Part shown: piece by piece, positions 63,102 to 64,000 of the stretch | Layout of the letters: each line of letters starts with the position of its first letter | Numbering within the stretch: position 1 is the stretch's first letter | Assembly (NCBI RefSeq): GCF_036321535.1 | Contig: NC_087437.1 | Coordinates: 45,324,001 to 45,388,000, forward strand | From: Camelus dromedarius | Taxonomy: Eukaryota | Reading direction: 5' to 3' | DNA: 64,000 bases | Position numbers and translations under genes: made by a program | Notes under the pieces: model-generated | The model's database searches: none | The model's input: the letters and a program-made list of their open reading frames with translations, nothing else | What the model was told of the DNA's origin: nothing

Positions 63102-64000
63102 AAATTTGTGATAATAATACATATCTAGCAAGATACTGTGGGGATTAGCATCTCACAGAGTCTGGGAAACTATCAACAAATGGTAGATTTATCATCATTA
63201 TTCAAATATAAAGTGTTATTATACTCATTATTATTATAGGTGCAGATAATTCAAAAAGAGATATGATGTAGAAAACTACAAATACAATCTAAAACACCAC
63301 CAGAAGTTTAATAATGGGTCTTAATGCCACATTTGTTGCTCCTGGAACTGAAATACAGGCAAATAAGATCAATTCAATTAATTCTCAGAAACTGGCCAGC
63401 AACTGATAAAAAGACATCAACTATGATTTTGTATTAGTTTTAGTTTACATAAATGTACCCAAGCTATCTGCCTATAAAACAGAAACACCTGTAGAATTTC
63501 ATAAAGTGTTGACTCTTAGGTCCCATAACAGATACATTGAACCAATTATCAACTACAGTTATGTCAGAGTTGGTAGGAACTCGGAAATTTCTTGCCATTT
63601 CTGAGTCTAAAACTTTCTGAATAGGCTCCCTTTAAAGGCTTAATTAAATCCAAATTTAATGATAAGGTAACACCCATATTTTACCATGAGGACAGTATAA
63701 GAAAATATGTAATATGATTTTGAATACTGTAGAGGTGTAGTAAGGGTTGAATTAGAATAAAAAACTGCTAAAATGACTACATTATTATTATTATTACAAA
63801 TTATTGTAATTTTTACTATTATTGCTATTATTATACAATATATGTGCATATGAGCTCCTCTCCAAGCATCAAAATGAATCTTTTCTTCCCATCTGCTACT
63901 TCAGGGAGTTGCTTCTTAACTTCATCCTACTACCCTGCCCCCACCATCTCCAGCTAAGAATTTAGAACCCAAGGCAATTATTTGTGAAAATTATAAAAAA

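Noticed and set aside
1..64000. ORF track entries as protein-coding genes
   Set aside because: All are 158 aa or shorter, many start at TTG/GTG, have low-complexity AT-driven composition or lie within repeats. None resembles a known cellular protein.
1..64000. CRISPR array, operon or prokaryotic defence system
   Set aside because: The sequence is mammalian and has no regularly spaced repeat-spacer array or dense coding.

Overview
Mammalian nuclear DNA that is AT-rich, CpG-depleted and dense in repeats. It is almost certainly camelid (camel, alpaca or llama): it carries a tRNA-Ala-derived Vic-1-type SINE (47362-47512) and cetartiodactyl L1 3' ends. I cannot support any protein-coding gene, RNA gene or CRISPR array. 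The listed ORFs are chance ORFs or decayed repeat sequence, so the window reads as intergenic or deep intronic. Much of it is mobile-element debris: MIR, L2, CR1, L1M/L1MC, MLT/MaLR, hAT and Tigger MITEs, and ERV LTRs. The main structural features are: (1) a ~10 kb cluster (22.5-32.4 kb) of eight ERV1-type solo LTRs from five families, mostly with 4-bp TSDs. Three families occur twice, giving two crossed inverted pairs and one direct pair; one LTR is nested in another inside an L1, and most lack AATAAA. (2) A 206-bp mini-L1 joining the L1 5' end directly to 3'UTR sequence, with no poly(A) or TSD, replacing part of an older L1. (3) A candidate 6-nt microexon and a few weak exon candidates on the minus strand. 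(4) A perfect 35-bp palindrome and several compact TF-motif clusters in unique DNA. Repeat subfamily names come from recalled consensus sequences and need RepeatMasker/Dfam confirmation. Boundaries without a TSD are approximate. I see no evidence of a new multi-gene system.
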